This document shows, in pieces, positions 6,168 through 6,850 of a DNA stretch of 6,850 bases. Below the pieces are notes generated by a model. That model was not told where the DNA came from and did not search any database. It saw only the letters and a program-made list of their open reading frames with translations. The number at the start of each line of letters is the position of its first letter. The first letter of the stretch is position 1. The translations under genes and the position numbers were made by a program. The stretch covers positions 1 to 6,850 of the forward strand of contig NW_021829160.1 of assembly GCF_006345805.1 (NCBI RefSeq). Direction: 5' to 3'. Source of the DNA: Octopus sinensis (lineage: Eukaryota).

Positions 6168-6780
6168 ATATATACATATATGCCTGTGTGAACGTATGTA
6201 CTATATATGTGTGTGTGTGAATGTGTATTTGTCTTTAAGTATTTGTTAGCCTTCTCATGCACCATCGCTTGCCAACCGATGTTGGTTTGTTTACATCCCC
6301 GTTATTTGGAGAAAGAAAGTGATTTATATACCAGCCATTTGTTTGGTTAAACCAGTGGTTCACAACCGGAGTCCATATCGTCCCTGAAGTTCCATATATG
6401 ATTTATTGGGGGATCGATGCAACAAAATAGTAAATTGCGGATACACAACAGTATTTTAAAGGCCCCTGAAAAAAAACCTTTGCTTTAGACGTAGTATTGG
6501 TATGTATTGCAGGACCCAAACAGGTTTCTTTCTCGAAGATCTTACATAGCTCAACCTACACAAGTTAATGTGTGAAAAACAAATTTGGAATTTTCAAAGA
6601 AGTTTCCACAAAACTCATTTTTAAACATCGAATGGTGATAAAGCTCCACCAGAATAAAATAGTATTCAAAGGAGTTCATAGATAAAAAAAAATAGTTGAG
6701 AAGCCCTGGTTTAAACCCTTCAAGATGATGCCCCAGGATGGCCGCAGTCCAATGATTGAAACGAGTAAAAGATAAAAGAT
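6168..6780 (+). mobile_element. Family B SINE, copy B4, decayed 3' half split by a hAT MITE
   Basis: A (TA)/(TG) tract is followed by CACCATCGCTTGCCAACCGATGTTGGTTTGTTTACATCCCCG (6260-6301). After the MITE come CCTTCAAGATGATGCCCCAGGATGGCCGCAGTCCAATGATTGAAACGAG and TAAAAGA twice (6717-6780). Confidence 0.8.
6353..6708. mobile_element. Non-autonomous hAT (Charlie-like) DNA transposon / MITE, 356 bp
   Basis: The TIRs are CAGTGGTTCACAACC (6353-6367) and the rc of 6694-6708, CAGGGCTTCTCAACT (11/15 identical); both resemble Charlie-type CAGTGGTTCTCAAC. The 8-bp TSD is GGTTAAAC (6345-6352) / GTTTAAAC (6709-6716). Removing the element restores the SINE B tail. Confidence 0.88.
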
Positions 6781-6850
6781 ATAGACGTGTTGCCAGTGGA
6801 AAACTGTGATAAAAAAAGCCTTTGTTGTGAAGGAAACAAACCATTTATTA

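Overview
AT-rich, eukaryotic, repeat-saturated non-coding DNA with no intact protein-coding gene that I can support. The repeat families look like those I recall from octopus genomes, so the source is probably a coleoid cephalopod (inference, not a database result). Contents: (1) two tRNA-derived SINE families, labelled here A and B. Family A has 2 full copies and 1 partial copy on the minus strand. Family B is CORE-like with an internal microsatellite and has 4 large pieces on both strands plus a decayed head. (2) A decayed mariner element with transposase motifs HQDN and PYSPGLAPCDF. (3) A 356-bp hAT/Charlie-like MITE with an 8-bp TSD. (4) A 142-bp retro-insert in a GATA array whose 3' end resembles the family A tail. 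(5) Several microsatellites. (6) A roughly 210-nt microsatellite-flanked element carrying a minimal type I hammerhead ribozyme motif of the Penelope/retrozyme kind. Several elements are nested in one another. The best leads are the hammerhead element, GGTATT-guided SINE insertion and self-multimerisation, the SINE/LINE tail match, a hairpin module shared by both SINE families, and a fold-back palindrome scar. None is proven novel from the sequence alone.
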